This document shows, piece by piece, positions 18,573 to 28,453 of a stretch of 64,000 bases of DNA. Position numbers and translations under genes: made by a program. Position 1 is the stretch's first letter. Every line of letters begins with the position of its first letter. Below the pieces are notes generated by a model, which saw nothing but the letters and a program-made list of their open reading frames with translations, had not been told where the DNA came from and did not search any database. The stretch comes from Phycisphaerales bacterium (GTDB lineage Bacteria; Planctomycetota; Phycisphaerae; Phycisphaerales; SM1A02), in assembly GCA_046350555.1 (NCBI GenBank), contig JAXMAF010000009.1, forward strand, positions 9,900 through 73,899, given 5' to 3'.

Positions 18573-20978
18573 TCACTCCACCTTCCACTCGAGCAGTCCG
18601 CCCGACATCCCGGCGCGCAACGTGCACTCCAGCCGCAGCGCCGAGGCCTCGACCGGCGGAAACTCGGCGCGGGTGCGAGGCGCTCCCGGCGCGACGTCGC
18701 CCTTGGCGATCTCGCGCCACGCGGCGCCCTCCTTCGTCACGAGCCGCCACGACGCAGGCGTCGCGCATCCGCCGCCCCGGGCGGTGTCGTCGAACCAGTC
18801 CATCGTCGCGGCGCCGATGCGACGGGGTGCGGTGAAGTCGTACTGGACCCACTCGGCCGCGTCCGCGGCCCCGGCGGAAGCGGCGGCCGAGGCCGGAGAA
18901 GCGCCGACGGGCGCGCCGACGGCGGCCCCTCCCTGCGACGACCCCTTGCGCGGCCACCAGGTGAAGCGCGGCGATCCACCGGCAGGAACCTCGCCGTCGT
19001 TGAGCGCGTCGATCGTGTCGGACGCGTAGCAATGCGAGGCCGAGACCTTCACCGTCGGATCGCGCGGCTTGTCCGCGTGCGCCGGATCCTCCGGCAGCCA
19101 GACGAGCATCGGGCCCGTCCCGCGGTTGTTCCACGCGTAGAAGGGAATCGCCGCGAAGGGCACGGGGACGTCGGCGCGGCGTTGCCCGTCGGGCGAGGTG
19201 GACGTGCGCGTGGCGGTGCCGTTGATGGTGACGATGCCTCCGAGGAGATCGTCGCGCCGCGCGATGGCGAAGGGCTGCCGCGGATCGAAGACCAGCGAGC
19301 GCAGGTCGTCGGCGCTGTCCACGCCCTCGACGCAGTAGACGAGCGGCCCGCGTTGCAGCGCGAATCGCCCCTCCTGCGACGCCACGCGAGGATTCGCCTG
19401 GACGACGTTGACGGGCATCGGCATGATCACCTCGACGACGTCCTTGGGGGTCCACTCGCGCTCGACGACCGCGTAGCCGCGCTCGAGCCTCGGCGTGACC
19501 GGCTCGTCGTTGACCGCGATGGTCATCCCCTCGCACCAGTCGGGAACGCGCAGCGCCAGCTTGAACGTGTACGGACGCGACGTGTTGACCCACATCCGGA
19601 CCTTCCCGTCCCACGGATAGTCGGTGTGCTGCGCGACGCGCACGCTTCGCCGGAACGACGTGTTGAACGTCGACTTGACGTACATGTTCAGGTAGATCGT
19701 GTCGGCGTCGCGGAACGCCACGAAGTCGCCGAGCCGCGCGAGGATGCGCAGGAGGTTGGGCGGACAGCATGCACAGTCGTACCAAGGCTGGCGCTCCGCC
19801 CCGCCCCGGCTGGCGAGGGGATTCGAGTAGAAGAAGCGATCGCCGCTCAGCGAGACGCCGCCGCGCACCGCGTTGTAGAGCGCCCGCTCGAGCACGTTCG
19901 CGTAGCGCGCGTCGCGGGTCAGCATGTTCATCTCGTGCGCCCAGAGCACCAGGCCGATCGCGGCGCACGTCTCGGCGTAGGCGTCGTCGTTGGGCAGGTC
20001 GAACGCGGTCGTGAAGCCCTCGTTGCCCGAGGCGGAACCGATGCCGCCGGTGATGTACATCTTGCGCTCGACGAGGTCGGTCCAGAGCGTCTCGAGCGCC
20101 TTGGTCAGCTCGGCGTCGTTGCTCTGCCGCGCCAGCATCGCCGCGGCGGCGTAGAGGTACATCGCCCGCACCGCGTGGCCGACCACCTCGGTCTGCTCGC
20201 GGATCGGCTTGTGGTCCTGGGCGTACTCGCCCGCGGACGGCCGTCCGTTGGCGCGGCCGCGCTGCATGAGGAACCAGCCGGCGAGCGCGCGGTCCGCGGG
20301 ATCCTCCGTGAGCTCGCCCAGGCGCTCCAGGGCCAGCTCGATCTCCGGGTGCCCGCAGACATCGGTGCGCTTTCCCGGACCGAAGACCGTGCGCACGTTG
20401 GCGACGGCCTTCTTCGCCGCGTCGAGCAGTGGCCGCTGGCCGGTCGCCTCCCAGTAGGCGATGCCCGCCTCGAGCAGGTGCCCGAGGCAGTAGAGCTCGT
20501 GCTTGCCCGGCATGTCCGTCCAGCGCTTGTCTGGCTCGACGAGCGTGAAGTACGTGTTGAGGTAGCCGTCGGGCTGCTGGGCGCCGACGACGTCGGCGAC
20601 GAGCGCCTCGAGCTTCATCCCCAGCGCCTCGTCATGGTGCTTCTCGAGGATGTACGACGCCCCCTCGATCAGCTTGTAGACGTCGGAATCGTTGAAGAAA
20701 TAGCCCTGGTGCGGCCCCTCCTCCTTGCCGGCGGCGCGACGGAAGTTGGCGAACCGGCCCGTCTTCTCGCACTGCTGCCAGATGTACGGCAGCGTGACCT
20801 TGCGGTTGGTGTCGAGCACCGGCTGCCAGAACGCGTCGTCGAAGTCGATGTCGGTGAAGCGGAACGCGCGGAGGGGTTCGGCCTCGGCCACCGGGGGCCG
20901 CGACGGAGGTGTGGGCGCGGCCGGGGGCGCGGCCGGCGGTGCGGTCAGCGCAAGGCAAGTCAGCAGGCGGGCGAGCAT
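18573..20978 (-). CDS. Glycoside hydrolase family 127 (DUF1680, beta-L-arabinofuranosidase-like) with a C-terminal discoidin-like domain
   Basis: It has a signal peptide, the N-terminal GH127 pattern (FWQPVLDTNRKVTLPYIWQQCEKTGRFANF, NDSDVYKLIEGASY), and a cysteine cluster (WYDCACCPPN). The C-terminal ~130 aa resemble an F5/8 type C domain. Confidence 0.88.
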   Translation of the reverse strand: MLARLLTCLALTAPPAAPPAAPTPPSRPPVAEAEPLRAFRFTDIDFDDAFWQPVLDTNRKVTLPYIWQQCEKTGRFANFRRAAGKEEGPHQGYFFNDSDVYKLIEGASYILEKHHDEALGMKLEALVADVVGAQQPDGYLNTYFTLVEPDKRWTDMPGKHELYCLGHLLEAGIAYWEATGQRPLLDAAKKAVANVRTVFGPGKRTDVCGHPEIELALERLGELTEDPADRALAGWFLMQRGRANGRPSAGEYAQDHKPIREQTEVVGHAVRAMYLYAAAAMLARQSNDAELTKALETLWTDLVERKMYITGGIGSASGNEGFTTAFDLPNDDAYAETCAAIGLVLWAHEMNMLTRDARYANVLERALYNAVRGGVSLSGDRFFYSNPLASRGGAERQPWYDCACCPPNLLRILARLGDFVAFRDADTIYLNMYVKSTFNTSFRRSVRVAQHTDYPWDGKVRMWVNTSRPYTFKLALRVPDWCEGMTIAVNDEPVTPRLERGYAVVEREWTPKDVVEVIMPMPVNVVQANPRVASQEGRFALQRGPLVYCVEGVDSADDLRSLVFDPRQPFAIARRDDLLGGIVTINGTATRTSTSPDGQRRADVPVPFAAIPFYAWNNRGTGPMLVWLPEDPAHADKPRDPTVKVSASHCYASDTIDALNDGEVPAGGSPRFTWWPRKGSSQGGAAVGAPVGASPASAAASAGAADAAEWVQYDFTAPRRIGAATMDWFDDTARGGGCATPASWRLVTKEGAAWREIAKGDVAPGAPRTRAEFPPVEASALRLECTLRAGMSGGLLEWKVE

Positions 20979-21098
20979 CTCGAAGGGTAGCGACGCCGGT
21001 GCCGCCCTGCGACGCAGCCGCGACGGCCGACCCTCGAACGCCAGCGCAGCGAGGCCCGCCGGCCGCGGCCGGCGCCACGATGGTCGGCCGGCGTGCGC

Positions 21099-23069
21099 CT
21101 ACGCCTCGACCCCGCACATCCGCATCGCCCGCTTCGCGATCTCGGAGTGGTGCAGCCCGCACATGCGCAGGACCTCGTCCTCGCTCAGCGCCGACTTGGG
21201 GATCCGCCGGACGAACATCTGCTCGATGGTGAACGAATCGCCCGCCTCGGCGCACGCGTCGGCGACCGCGGAACCGATGCCGCCGCCGTAGTTGTCCTCG
21301 ACCGTGAGGATGTTGCCTCCGTTGGCGTTGGCCAGGTCGAGCAGCGCGTCGGCGTCGAAGGGAATCGAGTAGAGGTCCACCAGCGTCGCGTCGATGCCCG
21401 CCTTGTCGAGCAGGTCGAGCGCCTTGTTGCACTCGTGCACCATGTACCCAGCGGCGATAATGAGCAGGTCCTTCCCCTCATTGAGCACCTCGAACTTGCC
21501 GAGGTTGAAGACGGTGCCCTCGTCGTAGAGGAACTCGACGTCGGGCCGGAGCGTGCGCAGGTAGCACGCGCCGACGTACTCGCTCATGGCGAGCGTGAGC
21601 GCGTACGCCGCATAGGCGTCCGACGGCTGGAGGATGAAGCAACCCGGGTTGCCGCGATGGTCGCGCATCGTGGCGAAGGAGCGGAACCAGGAGACGTCGG
21701 GAAGCGACATCTGGCTCGGGCCGTCGGCGGCGAGCGTGATGCCGGCGTGCGAGCCGACGATCTTGAGGTTGGCGCCGGAGTTGATCGCCATCTCGATCTG
21801 GTCGTATCCGCGGGTCACGAACTTCGCGAAGGTCGAGCAGAAGGGGATCTTCCCCGCCGCGGAGAGCCCTGCGGCGACCGAGAACATGTTCTGCTCGGCG
21901 ATCTTGCACTCGACGAAGCGCGGCGCGAGGGCGCGGTCGTTGGCGAACCACTCGGAGAAGGTGGAGTTCTTGACGTCGGCGTCGAGCGCGAAGACCTCGG
22001 CGTTGGCGTGTCCAAGCACGCGCAGCGCGAGGCCGTAGGCGCGGCGCGTCGAGAGCTTGCCGGTCTGGAGCACCGTCGTCATGTCGTACGCCTTCATCGC
22101 GGCGGGCATGCTCGGCGCCTCGTCGGGCACCTCGGCGTCCGCGCGCTCCGGCGACTCCTGCGGCGGATAGATCTTGAGCTCGTCGCCGGCGAGCGCCGAC
22201 GTGAGACCGACGCGCGCGGCGTCGAGCTCCTCGTGCGCGTGCTGGAGCTTCTCGCCGGTGGGCACCTTGCCGTGCCATCCGCCACCCTGGATCACCGGCG
22301 CACCCCATCCCTTCACGGTGCGCGCCACGACGGCCATCGGACCGTCCGACTGGGTGAGCTTGGCGAAGCGCTCGAACGCGGCACGAATCGCCTTGGGATC
22401 GTGACCGTCGATCGTGACGACGGCCACGCCGGCGGCCTCGAGCTTCCGGGCGATCGTCTCGGGCGACTGCTGCGCCGAGACCTTGTCGGACTGGCCGTAC
22501 TGGTTGCAGTTGAAGATCGGCAGCACGTTGGAAAGGCGCCGGTCGACGATGAAGTCGATCGCCTCCCAGACCTGCCCTTCGCGCGACTCGCCGTCGCCGA
22601 CGATGCAGTAGATGCGCTTGTCGTGGCCGTCGGCGCGGGCCGCGACGCCGAGGCCCGCGGCGACCGAGAGGCCCTGTCCGAGGGAACCGGTCGCCGCGTC
22701 GAAGAACGGGAACCCCTCCATCGGGTTCGGATGGCCGTCGATCATCGACGACCCCTTGCGCAGCGCCATCGCGTCGTCCTTGGTCATGGGCCGCATCGAC
22801 GCCGGATCCTTGCCGATGGCGACACCGAGGTCCGCGGCGGCGGCGTAGACGATCGGAACGGAATGACCCTCGGAGAGGACGAGGCGATCGGAGGTCGGAT
22901 AGCGCGGATGGTCCGGCAGCCACCGCATCGAGTGGTACATCAGGACGACGACGATCTGGCCGAGGGAGAGCGCTGAACTGGGGTGGCCGCTTCCCGCGGC
23001 CGCGCACATGTCGAGGACAAGGTGGTCCAACTGGATGGCCTTGGCGTGAACAGCGGCTTCAAACGACAT
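21099..23069 (-). CDS. tkt: Transketolase-family protein (fused N- and C-terminal sections, 656 aa)
   Basis: The in-frame ATG at 23069 gives MSFEAAVHAKAIQLDHLVLDMCAAAGSGHPSS. A TPP-binding GDGESREGQVWEA motif and pyrimidine-binding and C-terminal domains follow. Confidence 0.9.
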   Translation of the reverse strand: MSFEAAVHAKAIQLDHLVLDMCAAAGSGHPSSALSLGQIVVVLMYHSMRWLPDHPRYPTSDRLVLSEGHSVPIVYAAAADLGVAIGKDPASMRPMTKDDAMALRKGSSMIDGHPNPMEGFPFFDAATGSLGQGLSVAAGLGVAARADGHDKRIYCIVGDGESREGQVWEAIDFIVDRRLSNVLPIFNCNQYGQSDKVSAQQSPETIARKLEAAGVAVVTIDGHDPKAIRAAFERFAKLTQSDGPMAVVARTVKGWGAPVIQGGGWHGKVPTGEKLQHAHEELDAARVGLTSALAGDELKIYPPQESPERADAEVPDEAPSMPAAMKAYDMTTVLQTGKLSTRRAYGLALRVLGHANAEVFALDADVKNSTFSEWFANDRALAPRFVECKIAEQNMFSVAAGLSAAGKIPFCSTFAKFVTRGYDQIEMAINSGANLKIVGSHAGITLAADGPSQMSLPDVSWFRSFATMRDHRGNPGCFILQPSDAYAAYALTLAMSEYVGACYLRTLRPDVEFLYDEGTVFNLGKFEVLNEGKDLLIIAAGYMVHECNKALDLLDKAGIDATLVDLYSIPFDADALLDLANANGGNILTVEDNYGGGIGSAVADACAEAGDSFTIEQMFVRRIPKSALSEDEVLRMCGLHHSEIAKRAMRMCGVEA

Positions 23070-23271
23070 GAGCGTCCTTTCGCCGGGCAACCCGGCACGA
23101 GCCAACCACCGCCGCAGGCCCTCGGCCCGCACGGTGGCTCCGTCGGTCCGGCGGTGGTGGGGAAAGACAGGTAGTATCGACGTTTTCGGCCAGCCTCGCA
23201 AGCGCATCGGATCCGAGCGGGAACCCGCCAATTCGGCGGAAAGAAGTGCGCCGCGCATCCAGCCCACTGCC

Positions 23272-25998
23272 ATGAAACAGACCCTCGCCGCCGCCGTCGT
23301 CGCGCTCGTGCTCGCCGCCTCAGTCGCCGCGCCGGCAAGGGCCCAGGGAACGAGCGGGGCCTTTCCCGATCCCATCTCCTCGCGCGAGATGGACCGCTTC
23401 GCGAAGCAGTTGGGGCTCGACGAAGCGGCCCGCCGCGAGCTGGAGCCCTTCCACGACGCCTATCGCCAGTCGCTGCGCGAGCTGCGCGAGGGCGCCATCG
23501 CCGCCTACCTGAAGGAGAGCGGCGCCATCGGGATGGGTCTCTTCGGTCCGCAGCGGAGCCGCGCCGAGGTGGAGGCCGCGGTCAAGCGGCGCAGCCAGAT
23601 CCTCGATCAGATCGAGAAGGCCGAGAAGGAGCTCTTCGATCGCATCCAGCCCGGCCTCCAGCCCACACAGGCGGCCATGCTGCCGCGCGTGCGCGCCGCG
23701 GCGGCGCGCGAGCGGCTGCGAGGGCTCTTCGGACCCTTCAGTTCCGGCGGGATCAACGTCGAGGTCGGCGAGATCGTCGACGAGCTGGAGCTTGCGCCGG
23801 AGCAGCGACAGGCGGTGGCGCCGATCGTCGACGAGCATGAACGGAAGCTGACGCGCCTGCTCGGCGACCTGGCGACGCTCAACATCAAGCAGCCGTTGGC
23901 GATGGTGGATGGCCTCGCCGCGGCGGGCGTCAAGCGGCCGGAATCGCTCGACGGCGCGAACGATGCCGCGGGCGGCGCGTCGCCGGAACGGCTCGCGGAG
24001 AACCAGAAGGCCATGGAGGATTGGTTCCGGCAGATGGGCAAGGTCCGTTCGCAGGTCACCGCGCCACAGCGCGAGAAGCGCGAAGCGATCGCGAAGCTCA
24101 ACCGCGAGACCGTCGTGGCGCTGCGCAGCGCCCTCCCATCCGACGCCGGGACGAAGCTCTTCGAGCGATTCGTGCAGAAGGCCTATGGACAGATCGGAAC
24201 CGACGGAAGCGCCGCGAGGCCGCTCTTCGCGCGGGCGACGAAGCTCGGCGCGCAGGAGGCCGCCGGCGACCCGGCCGTCGCGGCGCTCAGGGCGGCCGCC
24301 GCCGACTATCAAGCCCGATACGACAAGCTGCTCGCCGACATGATGGACGAAGTCGACTCGTCGCGGCACGGCTTCGACCTGTTCGTGATGGACGAGGAGT
24401 CGTCGGCGGCGTTCGAGAAGCACGAGAAGGCGATGCAGGAGCTTCGCGAGCGGCGCGACACGATGAACAAGGCCGCGGCGGACCAGATTCGCGGCATCCT
24501 CGGGCCGGAGCTGGCCACCAAGCTCGGTCCGGAAGGCGCCGGCGAGCGTCGCACGATGAGCGTCGGCGGCATCCCCGTCGAGGCCGGAGGCGTCCTGGAG
24601 GGCGCCACGATCGAGCTTGCCGGCGGGGACGGCATGGAGATCGTCGGCGGCGACGGCATGGAGATCTTCGCCGGCGACGGCGCCGTGATGGTGACGATGA
24701 CGGCCGACGGCCCCGGTCCGGGAGCGATGCCCTCCGCGGGACCGCTGCCCACGGCCATCAGTGTCGAGGAGATGCGCGGAATGTCGCAGAAGCTCGGCGT
24801 GCCCGAGGAACAGCGCGCCGTGCTCGACATCCTGCACGAGGAGTACCTCGCCGCGTTCGACGGCGCCCGACAGGAGGAGCGCGACGCCATGAACGGGATC
24901 GGCGGAGGGCCGAACGCCGGCGCGCCGGTCACGGTGGCCGGCGGCCCCGCGGGTCCGGGCGGCTTCGAACGAGCCATCCGCGGACCGAAGCCCATGACCC
25001 CGGAGGAGATCGACAAGCGCAGCGCGGCGTTTCGCCGCGCCGTGGAGCGGCTCCTCCAGATCGACTCGGACTTCTTCGAGAATCTCGCCGCGGTCCTCGC
25101 GGGCTCGCCCGCCGCGGCGCGCGTCGCGGAACTCAGGTCGGCGCGCGAGCGGGCGGTGCTGACCAAGGGGGCCCGCGGTCCCGGCGGCATGATGCCGCTG
25201 ATGATGATCGGAGGCGGAGGCGGCAAGGAAGCGGAGATCGATCTCGGCGAGATTCTCGATCGCTGCGACCTTTCGCGCGAGGCACGAAGCGCCGCGGGTC
25301 CCGCGCTGGAACGCTGGTCGACCCAGGCGACGGGCCTGGTCCGTCAGCGCTTCGAGACCTGCCTCGCCGCGCAGCGCGACATCGACAAGTTCAACGCTCG
25401 CGCGATGAACGTCTCCGAGGGAGGCCGCGCCGAGGTGAACATCGATTCGAACGACCCCGGCTTCGCCGAGATGCAGAAGGCCCAGGCGCGGATCGCCTCC
25501 GCCAATCGCCAGCTTAGCGACTTCAATCGCGACGCCAGCCGGGAGATCATGGCGGCGCTGCCGCCGGAGGCGCGCGAGCCGTTCCGTCGGGCATTCAACC
25601 GCGCCGCGCACCCGATGCTCTTCCGCGACCGGCAGACGGCGCAACCGAAGCTCGACGCGGCGATCGCGGTCGCCGACCTCACCGATGCACAGCGCCTTCA
25701 GCTCAGCGCGCTCGCGGCCGAGCACGCGGCGGCGTACGAGAAGCTGTGCGACCAGATGGTCGAGGCGGAGGTCGCGAACGCGCCGACCAGCGGAACCGGC
25801 GAGTTCGACGCCGAGGCGATCCGAGCGCTTCAGGCGAAGCAGAACGAGCTGAAGAAGCTCCGCTTCGACCGGACCGAGCTGAACGCCTCGACCCTGAAGA
25901 AGATCGGCGCCATCCTGACTCCGGAGCAACTCGAGCGGATCGGGGGCGTGAGCCTGCCCGAGGCGAAGGAGCGCGGGACGATCCAGTTCGGGGCGTGA
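23272..25998 (+). CDS. Secreted helical repeat protein (908 aa), Spy/CpxP-like LTxxQ-type segments, internally duplicated
   Basis: The ATG at 23272 gives the signal peptide MKQTLAAAVVALVLAASVAAPARAQG. The two halves are colinear (ISSREMDRFAKQLGLDEAARRELEPFHDAY versus ISVEEMRGMSQKLGVPEEQRAVLDILHEEY). I cannot make a confident family assignment. Confidence 0.72.
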   Translation: MKQTLAAAVVALVLAASVAAPARAQGTSGAFPDPISSREMDRFAKQLGLDEAARRELEPFHDAYRQSLRELREGAIAAYLKESGAIGMGLFGPQRSRAEVEAAVKRRSQILDQIEKAEKELFDRIQPGLQPTQAAMLPRVRAAAARERLRGLFGPFSSGGINVEVGEIVDELELAPEQRQAVAPIVDEHERKLTRLLGDLATLNIKQPLAMVDGLAAAGVKRPESLDGANDAAGGASPERLAENQKAMEDWFRQMGKVRSQVTAPQREKREAIAKLNRETVVALRSALPSDAGTKLFERFVQKAYGQIGTDGSAARPLFARATKLGAQEAAGDPAVAALRAAAADYQARYDKLLADMMDEVDSSRHGFDLFVMDEESSAAFEKHEKAMQELRERRDTMNKAAADQIRGILGPELATKLGPEGAGERRTMSVGGIPVEAGGVLEGATIELAGGDGMEIVGGDGMEIFAGDGAVMVTMTADGPGPGAMPSAGPLPTAISVEEMRGMSQKLGVPEEQRAVLDILHEEYLAAFDGARQEERDAMNGIGGGPNAGAPVTVAGGPAGPGGFERAIRGPKPMTPEEIDKRSAAFRRAVERLLQIDSDFFENLAAVLAGSPAAARVAELRSARERAVLTKGARGPGGMMPLMMIGGGGGKEAEIDLGEILDRCDLSREARSAAGPALERWSTQATGLVRQRFETCLAAQRDIDKFNARAMNVSEGGRAEVNIDSNDPGFAEMQKAQARIASANRQLSDFNRDASREIMAALPPEAREPFRRAFNRAAHPMLFRDRQTAQPKLDAAIAVADLTDAQRLQLSALAAEHAAAYEKLCDQMVEAEVANAPTSGTGEFDAEAIRALQAKQNELKKLRFDRTELNASTLKKIGAILTPEQLERIGGVSLPEAKERGTIQFGA

Positions 25999-26061
25999 TG
26001 GTGAGGTGACGGGCACGCTTCGTCGTGCGATCGCTGAGGCGATCGTCATCGGCACCGGCTG

Positions 26062-26169
26062 TCATACGCGTCCCAGTTGATTCTCGCGCCCCACCCAACC
26101 CAATGCCGCCGCGAGACGCCGCTGTGGGCAAGGGGTCGGACGCATGGAGGTCTACTGGAATCCGTATCA
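26062..26169 (+). mobile_element. MITE-like repeat, family A, copy A1 (102-bp element plus TCA/TCA flanks)
   Basis: The sequence is TCA|TACGCGTCCCAGTTGA...TCTACTGGAATCCGTA|TCA. The terminal inverted repeats match in about 12 of 16 positions. Confidence 0.8.
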
Positions 26170-26321
26170 GCCGCGCCGCCGGTCGATCCGGAGGTCGCCT
26201 GCATCATCGGCCGCCCGTCAATGAAAAGCCCCGCCGACCTGCGTCGGCGGGGCTCTGGTTCGTTCACATGGACCGTGACGCGACGCTCGTCGCGCGAAGG
26301 CCGTCAGCTCATCCGGTTCCG

Positions 26322-28058
26322 TCAGCCAGTCCAGGCGCCGAGGAGCGAACCGAGGTCCGCGCCGTCGACCACGCCGTCACCGTTGAGGTCGCCGGCACAT
26401 GGGGTGCCCGTGCACTCGCCCCAGACACCCAGCATCAGGCCGAGGTCGGCGCCGTCGACATGGCCGTCGCCGTTGAGGTCGCCCGGAAGCGAAGGCTCGC
26501 ACTCGTCGGGAACTCCGTTGGCGTTGGCGTCCATGCTCGATCCGTCGGCGATGTCGCACGAGTCGGGCTTGCCGTTGGCATTGCAATCCTGGGCGAAGCC
26601 GCTGGCGATGTCGCAGGAATCCGGCTTGCCGTTGCCGTTGCAGTCCTGCGCGGTGCCGCCGGCGATCTCGCACGCGTCGAGCTGGCCGTTGCCGTCGCAG
26701 TCCTGCGCCGGATCGGCGGCGATGTCGCACGAGTCGGGAACGCCGTTGCCGTTGCAGTCGGCGGCCCCGTTGGTGATGGCGCACAGATCGGAGATCCCGT
26801 CTCCGTCGCAGTCGGGCAGCGGCGCCGCGGCCGGATCACGCACCATCCGGAAGACCTGGCCGCTCGTCGCTCCGCCGTGATCGACGATGTAGACCTCGCC
26901 GTGGTTGTCCTCGGCGAAGTAGACCTGCTGGTTCAGCGTCTGCGGGGGAACGTCGATCGACGGCGTGAACTTGGTCGTCTGCACGGTGAAGAGGGTCTTC
27001 ACGCCGTTGACGTACTTGAAGCTCCAGAAACGACCCGAGCCGTAGTCGCCGAAGAAATAGACGCCCTGCGCCTCGGGGATCTCGCAGCCGCGGTAGACGA
27101 CGCCGCCGGTCACCGAGTTGCCGCCCGTTGCGCCGTGGTCGTAGACGTGGACCGGCGCGGTGAGCGTCGGGCCGTTGCATGTGCAGCCGGTCAGCCCGGT
27201 GCAGGTGCTGCCTTCGGTGCAACGCCAGCCGAAGTTGAGGCCCGACGAGCCGGCCGGGGCGAAGTCGATCTCCTCCCACGCGTTCTGGCCGACATCGCCG
27301 ATCCAGTAGTCGTTGGTGAGTCGATCGAAGCTCCAGCACCACGGGTTGCGGAGGCCATAGAACAGGATCTCGTCGTCGCCGACGGTTCCGACGAACGGGT
27401 TCGTCGGCACGATCGCGTAGTTCTTCGTCGGGTCGGCCGGGAAGTCGTCGCCGTTGATGTCGATGCGGAGCATCTTGCCGAGCGGCATGTTGACGATGGT
27501 CTGGGCGCGGTTGCCCGGATCGTTCGCGCTGCCGCCGTCGCCGACCGAGAGGTAGAGATAGCCGTCGGTGCCGAACCGGAGGCAGCCGCCGTTGTGATTG
27601 GTGAACGGATCGTCCCAGGACTTGATCGGATACGCCGAGGCCGGATCGGCCGCGGTCGCCGAGAGGGCCGTGTACCGAGCGAGCGTGTCGTCGCCCGAGC
27701 CGGCCACGGAGGTGTAGTAGACGTAGAAGTACGGCGTGTTGGGCCAGTCGGGGTGGAACGCGAGGCCGAGCAGTCCCTGCTCGTCGCTGACGCTGGCGCC
27801 GCCGACCACGATCGGATCGATGTCGAGGAAGGGTGTCGCCTGGAGCGTGTTCGTGCTCAGGTCGAAGATCACGATCTTTCCGGCCTTCTGCACGATGTAC
27901 ATGTGCGTGTCGTCGCCGGGGGCGAAGACCACGCGCGTCGGGTAGGCAAGGCCGCTGACGATGCGCTTCGTCTTGATGGGCAGCGTGGCCTGGGCCAGCG
28001 CGGGCGTCGCCAAGGCGACGGTGAGGGCGGCGAGTGAGAACGTTCGCAACATGGACAT
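26322..28058 (-). CDS. Secreted PQQ-dependent sugar dehydrogenase-like beta-propeller (SGDH family), followed by Cys-rich DCNGNGxPDSCDI repeats and a double dockerin-like tag
   Basis: It has a signal peptide and SGDH-type motifs (LGLAFHPDW, HNGGCLRFGTDGYLYLSVGDGG, GLRNPWCWSFD). The C-terminus is GDLNGDGHVDGADLGLMLGVWG...GDLNGDGVVDGADLGSLLGAWTG. Confidence 0.88.
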   Translation of the reverse strand: MSMLRTFSLAALTVALATPALAQATLPIKTKRIVSGLAYPTRVVFAPGDDTHMYIVQKAGKIVIFDLSTNTLQATPFLDIDPIVVGGASVSDEQGLLGLAFHPDWPNTPYFYVYYTSVAGSGDDTLARYTALSATAADPASAYPIKSWDDPFTNHNGGCLRFGTDGYLYLSVGDGGSANDPGNRAQTIVNMPLGKMLRIDINGDDFPADPTKNYAIVPTNPFVGTVGDDEILFYGLRNPWCWSFDRLTNDYWIGDVGQNAWEEIDFAPAGSSGLNFGWRCTEGSTCTGLTGCTCNGPTLTAPVHVYDHGATGGNSVTGGVVYRGCEIPEAQGVYFFGDYGSGRFWSFKYVNGVKTLFTVQTTKFTPSIDVPPQTLNQQVYFAEDNHGEVYIVDHGGATSGQVFRMVRDPAAAPLPDCDGDGISDLCAITNGAADCNGNGVPDSCDIAADPAQDCDGNGQLDACEIAGGTAQDCNGNGKPDSCDIASGFAQDCNANGKPDSCDIADGSSMDANANGVPDECEPSLPGDLNGDGHVDGADLGLMLGVWGECTGTPCAGDLNGDGVVDGADLGSLLGAWTG

Positions 28059-28404
28059 GAGTGTGGTTCCTTTCGCTCCGGCGGAGGGGGCTGAAAGACG
28101 TATGACGCGGCCGCCGGGACGGGGTTTCGTGGGATGCTGGAGTTCGAGACGGACTGCGGAGAGGTGGGTTGCGGGACGGCCGACAACGGGGGTCCGACCC
28201 CAGAAGCCGAAGGCGACCGGGCACGAGCGATCGCTCAGGGGGCCGACGCAGTGGAGGTCGGTGCGTGACGGACAGTCCGGCGCCGCCGGGCGCTTCGCGC
28301 CCAGTGCAGGTGCACGCCGCGGTGCGCCGAGATCGTCACGATAGTGAGTTCCGCAGGGGGGAACAAGGGAATCTTGGCGGGGATGGGGGTGGGGTTGCGG
28401 GTGA

Positions 28405-28453
28405 CTGGTTTCTGGTTGCTGGTTATTGGTTGCTGGTTACTGGTTACTGGTTA
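28405..28453. repeat. Seven tandem heptamers (CTGGTTN)
   Basis: Read directly: ctggttt ctggttg ctggtta ttggttg ctggtta ctggtta ctggtta. The array overlaps the stop codon (28444-28446) and the last two sense codons of the peptidase gene on the minus strand. Confidence 0.8.
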
